Shown here in pieces: positions 22,182 to 32,586 of a stretch of 64,000 nt of DNA. The notes under the pieces are model-generated. The model made no database searches and was not told the DNA's origin. It worked only from the letters and a program-made list of their open reading frames with translations. This stretch comes from Candidatus Latescibacterota bacterium. Lineage in GTDB: Bacteria; Latescibacterota; UBA2968; GCA-2709665. Position 1 is the first letter of the stretch, and every line of letters begins with the position of its first letter. A program made the translations under genes and the position numbers. The stretch covers positions 3,488,001 through 3,552,000 of the forward strand of contig OZ220733.1 in the NCBI GenBank assembly GCA_965116875.1. Direction: 5' to 3'.

Positions 22182-22227
22182 TTGACTTTAAACGCGGGTT
22201 TACATAAAATTAAATGTCTGATAATAT
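22182..22227 (+). promoter_or_regulatory. Tandem sigma70 promoters
   Basis: TTGACT-17-TAAAAT (22182-22210) and TTTACA-17-TAATAT (22199-22227) in an AT-rich intergenic region. Confidence 0.65.
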
Positions 22228-22362
22228 AAAGTGGGCCAGTGGTTTCCGGCGTCCGTGTTTCGCATGGCCATTGGGTGTCGTCGACCTGTGGAGCAAGGTG
22301 GCGTCGGGTACTTGCAGCGCATTTCGGGAGGAGCCACAATTCCAGTGGAGGGGAGGGTCCGG

Positions 22363-22554
22363 ATGGAGAGTCAATTTCCACAGTGTCTGAAGTGTGATAA
22401 GGGTATTCTGCTTCCTTTGTCAGACTACGGGCGTGACGGCGCGCCCATACATTATAAGGCCTGGGTTTGCAGCAATCCAGACTGCGGGTTCAACCTGCGA
22501 ATCGACAATGGCGAAATCAGCATGGGAAGAAACATCGCCGAGTCGTACAAATAA
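22363..22554 (+). CDS. Small zinc-ribbon protein (63 aa)
   Basis: GGAGG RBS; CLKC...WVCSNPDC Cys pairs. Confidence 0.75.
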   Translation: MESQFPQCLKCDKGILLPLSDYGRDGAPIHYKAWVCSNPDCGFNLRIDNGEISMGRNIAESYK

Positions 22555-22880
22555 CCCTGTAACAGCACGCTGATAAACACGCTCGGCTGGCGAGGTATCG
22601 TGTCCCGTCCCTGATTACGGGCCGGCCGGGGTTCACACCCTGGATCAGAATCGCGCCAGCCGTGCCCCCGCCGGGTATCGATGCAGCCGGTTTCCGTGTG
22701 GTGACCGGAGTCCTTCGCGGCGCCAGACGGTTTCACCCATCGGGTCTCGTATCCTGATTTTGAACGTTTTTTTCAACCGGTCTTGAATTTCTTTCCCGCC
22801 TCGCCCTGGGCCATCCCCTGATCAACGGGGGTGGCGCTTTATTTCCGGCGTCCGCTCCCCTCCGCCTATTAAGCGTCCAT

Positions 22881-23936
22881 ATGTCTCTTCAATCCAGGGA
22901 ATCCGTTCAGCCCGTATGGGATCGTCCTGTACTGGGCATCGAAACGTCGTGCGACGAAACGGCCGCCGCGGTGGTGGCGGGCAACCGTATTCTGTCGAAC
23001 GTGATATTTTCCCAGACGGAGCACAGTCTCTACGGCGGCGTGGTTCCCGAACTGGCGTCGCGGAACCATGTGCGCAAAATCGTGCCGGTGGTGCGAGAGG
23101 CGCTGTCCGGGGCAGGAGTCGGGCTGGATGAACTCGGGGGAATCGCGGTCACCAGCGGTCCCGGCCTTGTCGGGTGCCTGCTCGTGGGTATTTCAACCGC
23201 GAAGGGGCTGGCGTTGGGCAGCGGCCGTCCGCTGATTGGCGTACATCATATCGAGGGACATCTCTTCGCGGGACTGCTTGGCGACGCCAACCTGTGCCCG
23301 CCATTTCTGGCTCTCGTGATTTCCGGCGGCCATACCCAGCTGATCCACGTGCGCCGGTGGGGCCTGTACGAGGTCTGCGGCGAAACACGGGACGACGCGG
23401 CCGGGGAAGCCTTCGACAAGGTGGCGAAGATGCTGGGCGTGCTGAGGAAGGGTGAAACGACCATGGGCGGGCCGGTTATTTCCCGTCTGGCGGAAGACGG
23501 CGACGACCGCGCATTTGCATTTCCGCGGGGACTCCGGCATCAGGACGGGTTCGAATTCAGCTTCAGTGGGATCAAGACAGCGGTCCTGTACCATCTCAAG
23601 AGCCGGTCCGAAGCCGACGTCGCGGAGGAACAGGCGGATATCGCCGCCAGCTTCCAGGCAGCGGTTGTGGATGTGCTTGTGGAAAAGACGATTCAAGCGG
23701 CGGACGCTCTCAACCTGAATCGGATACTGTTGACGGGCGGCGTGGCGGCGAACCGGCGTCTGCGGGAAGAGATGCACGGCGCCGCCGCCGATTCAGGGGT
23801 GGAGGTCTGTTTTCCGCCGCCGGTCCTGTGTACCGACAACGCGGCGATGATCGCGTGCGCCGGGGGCTTCCGGCTTGGCAGGGGTGAGCGATCGGGGCGG
23901 GATCTGGATGCCGATCCGAGAATGAAACTGGCGTGA
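22881..23936 (+). CDS. tsaD: tRNA N6-adenosine threonylcarbamoyltransferase
   Basis: VLGIETSCDETAAAVV, GGVVPELASR.H, HHIEGH, SGGHT, DDAAGEAFDK, CTDNAAMIA. Confidence 0.97.
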   Translation: MSLQSRESVQPVWDRPVLGIETSCDETAAAVVAGNRILSNVIFSQTEHSLYGGVVPELASRNHVRKIVPVVREALSGAGVGLDELGGIAVTSGPGLVGCLLVGISTAKGLALGSGRPLIGVHHIEGHLFAGLLGDANLCPPFLALVISGGHTQLIHVRRWGLYEVCGETRDDAAGEAFDKVAKMLGVLRKGETTMGGPVISRLAEDGDDRAFAFPRGLRHQDGFEFSFSGIKTAVLYHLKSRSEADVAEEQADIAASFQAAVVDVLVEKTIQAADALNLNRILLTGGVAANRRLREEMHGAAADSGVEVCFPPPVLCTDNAAMIACAGGFRLGRGERSGRDLDADPRMKLA

Positions 23937-23938
23937 TC

Positions 23939-24105
23939 TAGTGTTCTGTCCCGGAAATAAGTTGCCTAAATTCGGCCGCTGAGTCGCCCGTCTCGCAAGG
24001 CGCCGGAGCGCAGGCGACCTGGGTATGGTCGGCGAGCGAGGGGAACGTAGCGAGACGGGATGAATCGGCGGCCGAATGGTGAGGAATTTTTGGGACAGAA
24101 CACTA
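23939..24105. mobile_element. MITE (~167 bp) with 14-bp terminal inverted repeats, TA-flanked
   Basis: TAGTGTTCTGTCCC...GGGACAGAACACTA; internal long stem attcggccgc..cccgtctcgc / gcgagacggg..gcggccgaat; no ORF of its own. Confidence 0.8.
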
Positions 24106-26273
24106 TGTTCGAGTTGTCAGATCTGGATCTGAGTTTGCGCGACGGATTGTGGCTGGGTCTGCTCGCGCCGGTCTGCGTTTACCTGGCCTTGCAGGTGTAC
24201 CGTACGCGCAGACACGGATTCCGGTTGGCACGTTGGTTGCTTGTATTCCGGTGCACCGCGTTTCTTTTCTTGCTGGCGCTGATGATGGAGCCCGTCCTGG
24301 CGCTCACGTTGCGCCGTGAGCGGAAGCCGCTCGTGGCCGTCCTGGTGGACGACAGCGAGAGCATGCGCATCGAGGATGACGGGCGGAGACGCGGCGATCT
24401 CGCGATCGACCTCCTCAGGAGCGGCGGATTCGAAGCGCTGGAGTCGCGCGCGCGGATTGCCTGGTATCGCTTCTCCGAGTGGCTGGCGCCCATCCCGGAG
24501 GCGGGCGCGGATTCACTCCGCTTCGACGGGCGGGCCACGGACGTGGCCGCGGCGCTCGATCTGCTCAGGGAGGAAACGGCCGGCGAGGGGCTGGTCGCGG
24601 CGGTGCTGATTTCGGACGGGGCGCACAACCTCGGCGCGAGGCCGGAACGGGCCGCGCTCGCGCTGGGTGCGCCCGTGATTGCGGTCGGCGTGGGAAACCC
24701 GGACGAGCCGAAGGACGTGGCGATCCTTTCGGCCGTATGCGATCCCATGGGGTACGTCGGGCGTCCGCTGTCGATTTCGGTGGGCCTGAAGTCCAGCGGT
24801 TATGGAGGCGCAAGTTCCCTTCTGGTTGTCGAAGAGGAGGGACGCCGGGTGGCGGAGGCGCCGGTGACGCTGACGGACGGCGAGCAGGAGGTCCGGTTTG
24901 CGATGGCTCCGGATCGACCGGGCCGGCGTGTCTATCGGATTCATCTCGCGGCCCGGCCGGGAGAACGTTCTACAGCCAACAATACCGCCGTCGTTTCAAC
25001 GGAGGTTATCGAGAACCGCCTGCGCGTGAGGATTGCAGCGGGCTCCCCGAGTGCGGATCTTGCCTATCTGCGCAGGGTGCTGGATGCCAACGAGAATCTT
25101 CAGGTGGAACTGTTCGTCGCAGGAAAGACGGTCGACTGGCCGAACCGGATGCGGGCCGCACTGGCCGATCCCGACACATCCGGGCTTCTTGTTCTGTTCG
25201 ATCTGCCCGGAGAGATCATTTCAGGGCAATCCGGACGCCGTTTGGTCGAATACGTGGAATCGGGCGGCGCAATGCTCGTCGTTGGCGGTCCGGCTGGATT
25301 CAACGGGGCTTACGCCCGGTCGCCGGTCGCGCGCGTGCTGCCGGTTGCGTGTACCCAGGACGCCGATACATACCGGGAGGCGTCGTTCCGGCTTGAATTG
25401 TCACGGTCGGGACCCGTGCATCCCATTCTTCGGGTCTCGGACGATCCGCTGGCGGACCGGCAGGCCTGGAGCGATCTGCCGCCGCTGCTGGCCTGCAATG
25501 TAAACCGTGGGCTTCAAGGCGATGCGGAAACCCTCATCTATCATCCCGTCGAGCGTGCGGGCGGGGAGAAGATGCCGCTGGTTGCGGTGCGCCGCGTGGG
25601 GACGGGCAAGGTGATGGCCGTGGCGGCAAGGACGTTCTGGCGGCTCGGCCTCATGATGTGGGGTGTGGGTGGGAACGACGAAGTCTCGAATGCATTCTGG
25701 GCAAATTCGGTTCAGTGGCTGGTCAAGCGTGAGGACGTCGGCCGGATTCAGGTGGAGGTGGACAAACCCGTCTATCGCAGCGGCGCGCCGGTAACGTTCC
25801 ACGCCCGTGTCTTCAACGAGTTGCTCCAGCCGCAGGAGGGCGCCCGCGTGGCGGTTTCCGTGGTGGACGAGGGCCGCACGCGCCAGACGATTCTGGACGA
25901 TGAAGGCCAGGGACGTTACCGGGGTCAACTGAAGGCAGGCGCGCAGGGAGAGTACGTGTATGAGGTTCGGGCCCTGGCCGGCGGCGTCGATCTGGGGAGC
26001 GCGACAGGCCGATTCACCGTGGGCCGGTACAGTCTGGAGTTCGAAGACATGCGGCTGAACAGAGAACTTCTTGAATCCGTTGGCGCACAAAGCGGAGGCG
26101 CCTACACGCCGCCCGAACGCCTGCGCGAGGTCCTGGGCGACCTCAACCTGGCGCCACAGGCGGTGGCGGAGTCGCACCGGGCGCGGTTGTGGGGAAAACC
26201 GTGGCCGCTTTTCGTTCTCATCGTACTCCTCGGTGTGGAATGGACCGTCAGGCGCAGGCTGGGAATGATATGA
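24105..26273 (+). CDS. Membrane-anchored VWA-domain protein with glutamine-amidotransferase-like domain
   Basis: N-terminal TMs, VLVDDSESM MIDAS motif, VLISDG, GGAMLVVGGP, C-terminal EWTVRRRLG signature. Confidence 0.8.
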   Translation: MFELSDLDLSLRDGLWLGLLAPVCVYLALQVYRTRRHGFRLARWLLVFRCTAFLFLLALMMEPVLALTLRRERKPLVAVLVDDSESMRIEDDGRRRGDLAIDLLRSGGFEALESRARIAWYRFSEWLAPIPEAGADSLRFDGRATDVAAALDLLREETAGEGLVAAVLISDGAHNLGARPERAALALGAPVIAVGVGNPDEPKDVAILSAVCDPMGYVGRPLSISVGLKSSGYGGASSLLVVEEEGRRVAEAPVTLTDGEQEVRFAMAPDRPGRRVYRIHLAARPGERSTANNTAVVSTEVIENRLRVRIAAGSPSADLAYLRRVLDANENLQVELFVAGKTVDWPNRMRAALADPDTSGLLVLFDLPGEIISGQSGRRLVEYVESGGAMLVVGGPAGFNGAYARSPVARVLPVACTQDADTYREASFRLELSRSGPVHPILRVSDDPLADRQAWSDLPPLLACNVNRGLQGDAETLIYHPVERAGGEKMPLVAVRRVGTGKVMAVAARTFWRLGLMMWGVGGNDEVSNAFWANSVQWLVKREDVGRIQVEVDKPVYRSGAPVTFHARVFNELLQPQEGARVAVSVVDEGRTRQTILDDEGQGRYRGQLKAGAQGEYVYEVRALAGGVDLGSATGRFTVGRYSLEFEDMRLNRELLESVGAQSGGAYTPPERLREVLGDLNLAPQAVAESHRARLWGKPWPLFVLIVLLGVEWTVRRRLGMI

Positions 26274-27964
26274 GCGGGCTCTCGACCGGTCGGAGTATCA
26301 GGAAACGGGGCAGTGGCGCCAGGCTGGTCGTTGGGGGCGCTGCCTTGCTCCTCGCCGTCATGACGTCCTGTGTCGGGGCGGAGGGGCGCGTGGTGATCAG
26401 CGAGGTCATGTTCGACCCGTCCGGCAGCGAGTTTTACGACGAGTATATAGAGATTCAGAATACGGGCAGCGAACCCGTGGATCTCGCCGGCTGGCTGGCT
26501 GGAGACGGCGACGAAGCGGATGAACTGGTGTTCGAGAACGAGACCGTGCTGCAGCCGGGGGCGTTCGGGCTGATTCTGGATTCCGGGTATTTCGCTCATT
26601 CGACCCGGTACGATCCGCTGCCGCCGTCCGCATTGATCCTCACCGTGGCGGACGCCACAATCGGGAACTCGGGTCTGAGCAATTCAGCCCCGGAACGGAT
26701 TGTACTGGTTTCATCGACCGGCGACACCGTGGGCGCGATGGTCTACACGACGGGAAACAAGCCGGGGTATTCCGAGGAGAAAGTGGACCCTGCCGGGGAC
26801 GACGGACCGGATAACTGGATGGACTCGCGTTGGGAGGGGGGGACGCCGGGACGCGTCAACAGCGTCAGCCCCAAAGACTTCGACCTGGCTCTGGAAAGGG
26901 TTTCGGAGTCGCCGTTTCCGGTTCCGGCGGGCGTCGTGCGTGACTTTGTCCTGCAGGCGGTTAACCGGGGGCGTCGGCCGGCGACGGCGTTTTTCGTGAA
27001 TGTGAAGGGAATTACCGAGTGGCATCGGGATTTCCCGGTCCTCGAGCCCGCCGGGCGTCTCCGGATCGAGGCGCCCATCGGAATCGTACCTGCGGGTCAG
27101 CACGAATACGTGGCCAGGTTGGGCTTCGACGCCGATGAGGACACTTCCAACAATCAGGTCACCTGGACCGTACTCGGCGGCGTCGGGCCCCGGGCGGTAA
27201 TCGTAAACGAAGTCATGTATGCTCCCGATGAGGGTGAGGCGGAGTGGGTGGAACTCCACAACCGTTCCGGGCGGGCGCTGGACGTGATCGCGTGGCGGAT
27301 CCAGGACTCGAAGTCTCCGGGAGATCCGTTCGGAGGCGAGCCCCTGCGACTGCAGAGCGATGGGTACCTGGTGGTTGCCGAGGACGAGGAGCGGTTTTAC
27401 AGCCGGTTCCCCGACCGCACCGTTCAGGTCGTTGCGCCCGGGAAATGGGCCCGTTTGAACAACAGCGGCGACGCCGTCGTCTTGCGCGACGCATCCGGCG
27501 CCGTTGTGGACAGTATGGTTTACGAACCCGTGGCTTTCACCGGGCAGTCGCTCGAACGAATCTCGGGTTCCGGACCGAGCGGCGATCTGCTGAACTGGCT
27601 GGCGAGTACAGACGAGGACGGCGCGACGCCGGGGCGTGAAAACAGCGTGTCGCTGCAACCCGGCATCGATGCCGTTCGCCTGGTGGCCGAGCCCAATCCC
27701 TTCTACGACCGGGTGGAAATCCGCTATCTGCTTCCGGAGCCCCGCGCCCACGTGAACCTGTGGGTGTACGACAGGTCCGGCCATCCGGTAAAGGCGCTCC
27801 TCAATGCCGCTGCCGGAGGCAGCCGGAGACGGGTGGCCTGGGACGGGTCGGATGAAGAAGGCGCACCGTTGAAGCCCGGCATTTATATCTTATTTTTGGA
27901 GACTTCGCTCAAAGGCCGTATCTTTAGGACCAAAGCCCCTGTCGTACTGGCGAGAGGTCTGTAA
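26270..27964 (+). CDS. Secreted protein with two lamin-tail domains, a CARDB-like domain and a C-terminal FlgD-Ig-type domain
   Basis: ATGA overlap with the upstream gene; VVISEVMFDP...EYIEI.N and VIVNEVMYAP...EWVEL.N; PNPF...WDG.D..G..L.PGIY tail. Confidence 0.82.
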   Translation: MSGLSTGRSIRKRGSGARLVVGGAALLLAVMTSCVGAEGRVVISEVMFDPSGSEFYDEYIEIQNTGSEPVDLAGWLAGDGDEADELVFENETVLQPGAFGLILDSGYFAHSTRYDPLPPSALILTVADATIGNSGLSNSAPERIVLVSSTGDTVGAMVYTTGNKPGYSEEKVDPAGDDGPDNWMDSRWEGGTPGRVNSVSPKDFDLALERVSESPFPVPAGVVRDFVLQAVNRGRRPATAFFVNVKGITEWHRDFPVLEPAGRLRIEAPIGIVPAGQHEYVARLGFDADEDTSNNQVTWTVLGGVGPRAVIVNEVMYAPDEGEAEWVELHNRSGRALDVIAWRIQDSKSPGDPFGGEPLRLQSDGYLVVAEDEERFYSRFPDRTVQVVAPGKWARLNNSGDAVVLRDASGAVVDSMVYEPVAFTGQSLERISGSGPSGDLLNWLASTDEDGATPGRENSVSLQPGIDAVRLVAEPNPFYDRVEIRYLLPEPRAHVNLWVYDRSGHPVKALLNAAAGGSRRRVAWDGSDEEGAPLKPGIYILFLETSLKGRIFRTKAPVVLARGL

Positions 27965-28059
27965 CCCGCAGCGCCGGCGCGTCCCCTGCGCCGGAGATAC
28001 CGTAGAGACCCACGCGTGTACTCTCCCCTTGTATGCATCAAGACAAGGGTGGCTCACTT

Positions 28060-30414
28060 ATGGCAAAGGAACCGCACGAGGCAATAGAGGAACCGCAGAG
28101 CAGACCGGATCTGATCAATCAGGTCTGCGGTGTGTTTTTGTTCGCGGTTGCGCTGTTCATGGCGGTAAGCCTGGTCTCGCATTCTCCGCAGGATCCACCG
28201 AATTCGGGTCGCGCGCCTGAATTGACGGAAAACATGGCGGGGTGGATCGGCAGCCACGTCTCCTACTATCTCCTGTTCTCGGTCGGCCACGGCGCCTACG
28301 TCCTTACGGCCATCGTTCTGATGTGGGGCTGGAATCGCTTCAGAGAACGTCCGGCCCTGCCTCTTGTCTCGCAAAGCCTGGCGTTGCTGGCCCTGGTGGT
28401 GGTGTATAGCGCCGCGGCGTGCGTGCCGTCCCGGGGAGAGACCCATCTGTCGTTTCTGATGGGCGGGTGGCTGGGGGTTACCCTTGCGGGCAGGGTTCTG
28501 GTTCCGTATCTGGGGTTCGTCGGGTCGTACATCCTGTTGTGCGCCCTGTTTGTGGTGTTTTTTATGGTCCTCACCAGCCTGTCTTTTTCACGAATTCCGG
28601 AACTGTGGGCGTCGAGGGCAAAGCGAAATCCGACACCCGTCTCCGGCGCCGCCGCGACCGGGCTTCCGGATCCACCGCGGACCGTGGAGACGCCAGTGCC
28701 GGCGTACACGGAAACGGAACCGCCGGAGGACGAGACGGAATCCGGAAACCACGTCGAGCCGGTTCTTCCGGCTGAACCTGAGGATGCAGTCCCCGAGCCC
28801 TTTCCACTGTACGAAGACGACGCGGACGAGACGGAGGATCAACCGCCGGTTTCGCTCGACCCCGACATCGTGGCGGATCCCGTGGAGATTTCCAGGTCGA
28901 CCGGACGGAAGCCGAACGCGCATGCGCCGGGCGGCGAGGACGTCCGGTACCGGTTGCCGGATCTGGAATTGCTCAATGAGCCCGCACAGAGGGAAGAAGG
29001 GCCGGACCGGTCGGTCCTGCTGGATGGAGCGCAGACCCTTGAGCACAGTCTCAGCAGCTTTGGCATCGAAGGCAAGGTAGTACAGGTCAATCCGGGGCCT
29101 GTCATTACCGGATACGAGGTGCAGCCGCCCCGCGGGGTCAAGGTGAACCGCATCGTCAATCTTTCGGACGACCTCGCTCTGGTGATGAAGGCGAGAAGCA
29201 TCCGCATCCAGGCGCCGATTCCGGGCAAAGCGGCCGTGGGCATCGAAGTGCCGAACGCCAACCCCTCAACCGTCTTCCTGCGGGAGATTCTCGAATCCGA
29301 CGCCTTTCAGGAGGCCGACGACAAGCTGATGCTGGCGCTGGGCAAGTCCGCTACCGGAGAATCCGTCTGCACGAGCCTGGCGTCCATGCCGCACCTGTTG
29401 ATCGCCGGCGCGACGGGGAGCGGGAAATCCGTATGCGTCAATGGGTTGATTACCAGCATCCTGATGCGGTGCGGTCCCGAAGAGGTGCGTTTCATCATGG
29501 TGGACCCGAAAATGCTGGAACTGTCCATCTACAACAGCATTCCGCACCTGCTGGCGCCGGTGGTCACGGAACCGCAGAAGGCCTCGGAAGCGTTGAGGTG
29601 GGCGGTAGCGGAGATGGAAGACCGCTATCGAAACCTGGCGCAGTACAGCGTGAGGAACATCACGGACTTCAACAACAAGCTCGAGAAGATGCGCACGGAG
29701 GCGGAGTCGGAGGACGACCGCGGCGAAGTTCCCCCTCTCCTGCCCTACATCGTGGTTGTGGTCGACGAGCTCGCGGACCTGATGATGACGGCGCCGGCGG
29801 ACATCGAGGATTCGCTGGCGCGGCTTGCGCAGATGGCGCGTGCGGTGGGCATCCATCTGATACTGGCGACCCAGCGGCCGTCGGTGAACGTGATCACGGG
29901 CACGATCAAGGCGAACTTTCCGTCCCGAATCGCGTTTCGTGTGGCGTCGAAAGTGGATTCACGCACAATTCTGGATTGTAACGGCGCCGAGAAGCTTCTG
30001 GGCCGCGGCGATATGCTGTTCATGCCGGCCGGCAAGCCGGAGCCGGTGCGCGTTCACGGTGCGAATATGACAACCGAGGAGACCGAGCGACTGGTGGAAT
30101 GGGTGAGCGGCCAGGGCGTGGAACTGGCGCAGCTGGACCTGGGTGTGGACGAAAACGAACTGATGCTTGCCGAGGGGAACCGCGACCAACGTTTCGATGA
30201 AGCGCTTCGGCTGGTGATTACCCACCAGCAGGGGTCGGCATCGCTGCTTCAGCGCCGCATGAAGGTGGGATATGCCCGTGCCGCGCGCCTCGTGGACGAA
30301 CTGGAACAGGCCGGAATCGTCGGTCCGTCAGACGGGAGCAGCAAGGGCCGCGAGGTGCTTGTCGGCGTCGAGTACCTCGACCGGCACGGAGAGGACGAAC
30401 CGGATGCGTTGTGA
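28060..30414 (+). CDS. ftsK: DNA translocase FtsK/SpoIIIE
   Basis: 4TM N-domain, MPHLLIAGATGSGKS, VDELADLMM, ATQRPSV, gamma domain SLLQRRMKVGYARAARLVD. Confidence 0.97.
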   Translation: MAKEPHEAIEEPQSRPDLINQVCGVFLFAVALFMAVSLVSHSPQDPPNSGRAPELTENMAGWIGSHVSYYLLFSVGHGAYVLTAIVLMWGWNRFRERPALPLVSQSLALLALVVVYSAAACVPSRGETHLSFLMGGWLGVTLAGRVLVPYLGFVGSYILLCALFVVFFMVLTSLSFSRIPELWASRAKRNPTPVSGAAATGLPDPPRTVETPVPAYTETEPPEDETESGNHVEPVLPAEPEDAVPEPFPLYEDDADETEDQPPVSLDPDIVADPVEISRSTGRKPNAHAPGGEDVRYRLPDLELLNEPAQREEGPDRSVLLDGAQTLEHSLSSFGIEGKVVQVNPGPVITGYEVQPPRGVKVNRIVNLSDDLALVMKARSIRIQAPIPGKAAVGIEVPNANPSTVFLREILESDAFQEADDKLMLALGKSATGESVCTSLASMPHLLIAGATGSGKSVCVNGLITSILMRCGPEEVRFIMVDPKMLELSIYNSIPHLLAPVVTEPQKASEALRWAVAEMEDRYRNLAQYSVRNITDFNNKLEKMRTEAESEDDRGEVPPLLPYIVVVVDELADLMMTAPADIEDSLARLAQMARAVGIHLILATQRPSVNVITGTIKANFPSRIAFRVASKVDSRTILDCNGAEKLLGRGDMLFMPAGKPEPVRVHGANMTTEETERLVEWVSGQGVELAQLDLGVDENELMLAEGNRDQRFDEALRLVITHQQGSASLLQRRMKVGYARAARLVDELEQAGIVGPSDGSSKGREVLVGVEYLDRHGEDEPDAL

Positions 30415-30495
30415 GTACGGGAAAGACAACGGAGACCGGCGCAATGCGGCCCCGTCGCGGGCGCCCGGGCGACCTTCGCCGGCGGATGACAAGGG

Positions 30496-31164
30496 GTGAG
30501 GCGCATGGCAGCGGGACGACTTTCATTTCTGTTGTTGGCGTGCGGTGTCCTGATACCGGCGGACGTGCCGGGCATCGACGGGCGCGAGGTGATTCGCCGT
30601 CAGCAGCAGCGATATGAAAAGCTCACCAGTATATCCGCCCGGTTCACGAAATCCCACTACTGGAAACTCGTGGACCAGAAGACGCAACTGAGCGGAAACC
30701 TGTACGTGGAGAAACCGAACCGGTTTCGCTTCGAATCACGGGTCCAGACGGTGGTGTCGGACGGAGAAAGCGCATGGAACTACACGCCCGAGAATGAGCA
30801 GGTTCTGCTGAGCGGATACGAGCGAGCGAAGGGAGACCGGAGTTACGAAAAGCTGCTTTTCGACCTCATTCTGCTGGGAGGGTACGAAGACCGCTACGAC
30901 CCCCGGCTCGCCGGAGAGGAAAGAGTGGACGGCAGGCGCTGTTACCGGGTGGAATTGACGGCCCGGCAGGAGGAGAGCTATATCTCCCGGGTCAGGTTGT
31001 GGGTGGACCGAAAGCTCTGGCTGGTCCGGCGTGCGGAATATCTCAATCTGAACGAGGACGTAACCACCTACGATATTTCACGACTGAAAGTGGACGGGAA
31101 ACTGAAACCGGATCTGTTCACTTTCGTGCCGCCGGACGGCGTCGAGGTGATTGACCTCAGGTGA
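30496..31164 (+). CDS. lolA: Outer-membrane lipoprotein carrier protein LolA family
   Basis: Signal peptide, SG.LYVEKPNRFRF, VSDGE..W.Y.PE.EQV, FTFVPPDGVEVID end; follows ftsK. Confidence 0.85.
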   Translation: MRRMAAGRLSFLLLACGVLIPADVPGIDGREVIRRQQQRYEKLTSISARFTKSHYWKLVDQKTQLSGNLYVEKPNRFRFESRVQTVVSDGESAWNYTPENEQVLLSGYERAKGDRSYEKLLFDLILLGGYEDRYDPRLAGEERVDGRRCYRVELTARQEESYISRVRLWVDRKLWLVRRAEYLNLNEDVTTYDISRLKVDGKLKPDLFTFVPPDGVEVIDLR

Positions 31165-31242
31165 TCCGGGTCCGGGGAGTCTCAACACAGTTGTCATGCC
31201 GCTTTTGGCAACTGATCTCAGCCACCGAATCTTCTCCGTCTC

Positions 31243-31309
31243 TTCGTAGTCTCGTTTCTTCGTAGTCTCGTATTCTCGTAGTTTCGCCTATTTGTAGTTT
31301 CGCATTCTC
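31243..31309 (+). repeat. Degenerate octamer tandem repeat (TCGTAGTY-like) upstream of prfB
   Basis: ttcgtagt ctcgtttc ttcgtagt ctcgtatt ctcgtagt ttcgccta tttgtagt ttcgcatt. Confidence 0.75.
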
Positions 31310-31324
31310 AAGGAGTTGGCGTCA

Positions 31325-32432
31325 ATGGCAGTGGATATGCAGTATACGGACCTGAAATCCGGAATGGCGGGGTGTCGCGATCGGCTGGGGAATCTCCGGA
31401 GGTATCTTTGACCTGGAATCCCGGGAAACCCGGATTGCCGAACTTCAGGGATTGATGGAGCGTCCCGGATTCTGGGACGACAGGGCCCGGGCAAGGCAGA
31501 TCATCGATGAATTGAATGGGCACAAGGATTGGGTTACCGGATGGCAGGACCTGGACGAACGCCTTACGGAACTGGAGGAGTTGTACGAACTTGCCCGGGA
31601 AGAGCAGGACGACGAGACGCTGCAGGATCTCCAGCGGGAACAGCGGGCGCTGGGCGGGTCGCTCGAGGAGCTCGAGTTCCGGCACATGATGGCCGACAAG
31701 GAGGACCGTCTTGATGCGATTCTGACGATTCATCCCGGCGCGGGCGGTACGGAGTCGGCCGACTGGGCGCAGATGCTGATGAGGATGTACACCCGATGGG
31801 CCGAGCGCCGCGGTTTCCAGGCGGACGTGCTGGACCTTCTTCCGGGGGAGACGGCGGGTATCAAGAGCGTGGCCATAGAAATGAAGGGAGAATACGCTTA
31901 CGGTTATCTCAAGTCCGAAATGGGCGTGCATCGGCTGGTCCGGCTGTCTCCGTTCGATTCCGGTCGCAGGCGTCACACGTCGTTCGCGTCGGTCTCAGTG
32001 TATCCCGAAGCGGAGGGCGATATCGAGGTGGAAATCCAGCCGGAGGATATCCGCGTGGATACCTACCGGTCCAGTGGCGCGGGCGGTCAGCACGTGAACA
32101 AGACCGACTCGGCCGTGCGGATTACGCACCATCCCACAGGCATCGTGGTTCAGTGCCAGAACGAACGGTCACAGCACAAGAACCGAAACTCGGCAATGAA
32201 GATCCTCAAGGCCAGGCTGTACCAGCTCTACAAGGAGGAGGAAGAGAAGGCCCGCGCGAAGCTCGAAAAGGACAAGAAGAAGATCGAGTTCGGCAGCCAG
32301 GTCCGCAACTATGTTTTCCATCCCTATCAGCTCGTCAAGGACCTTCGGACGGAGCACGAAACATCCGGCGTTCAGGACGTAATGGATGGGGATCTGGACG
32401 GTTTCATGCGGGCCTTTCTGGAACAGAAATGA
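31325..32432 (+). CDS. prfB: Peptide chain release factor 2 with programmed +1 frameshift
   Basis: ATG 31325 in frame with CTT-TGA-C at 31406-31412, preceded by internal SD GGAGG; +1 frame contains SPF and GGQ motifs. Confidence 0.96.
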
Positions 32433-32457
32433 GAGGCCTGGTTGCGGGGCAAAGGGC

Positions 32458-32486
32458 TTGACTTCACTTTTTGTATTGATTATACT
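32458..32486 (+). promoter_or_regulatory. Sigma70 promoter upstream of lysS
   Basis: TTGACT-17 nt-TATACT. Confidence 0.7.
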
Positions 32487-32586
32487 ATTTTTATTGGTTC
32501 ACCCGGTCGCTGGCGGTAACGAATCAACCGGTTATTTTTTTCAGGTGTTTTAAAATTACCGGCTGGAATCTTAAGACAGCTTTCTT

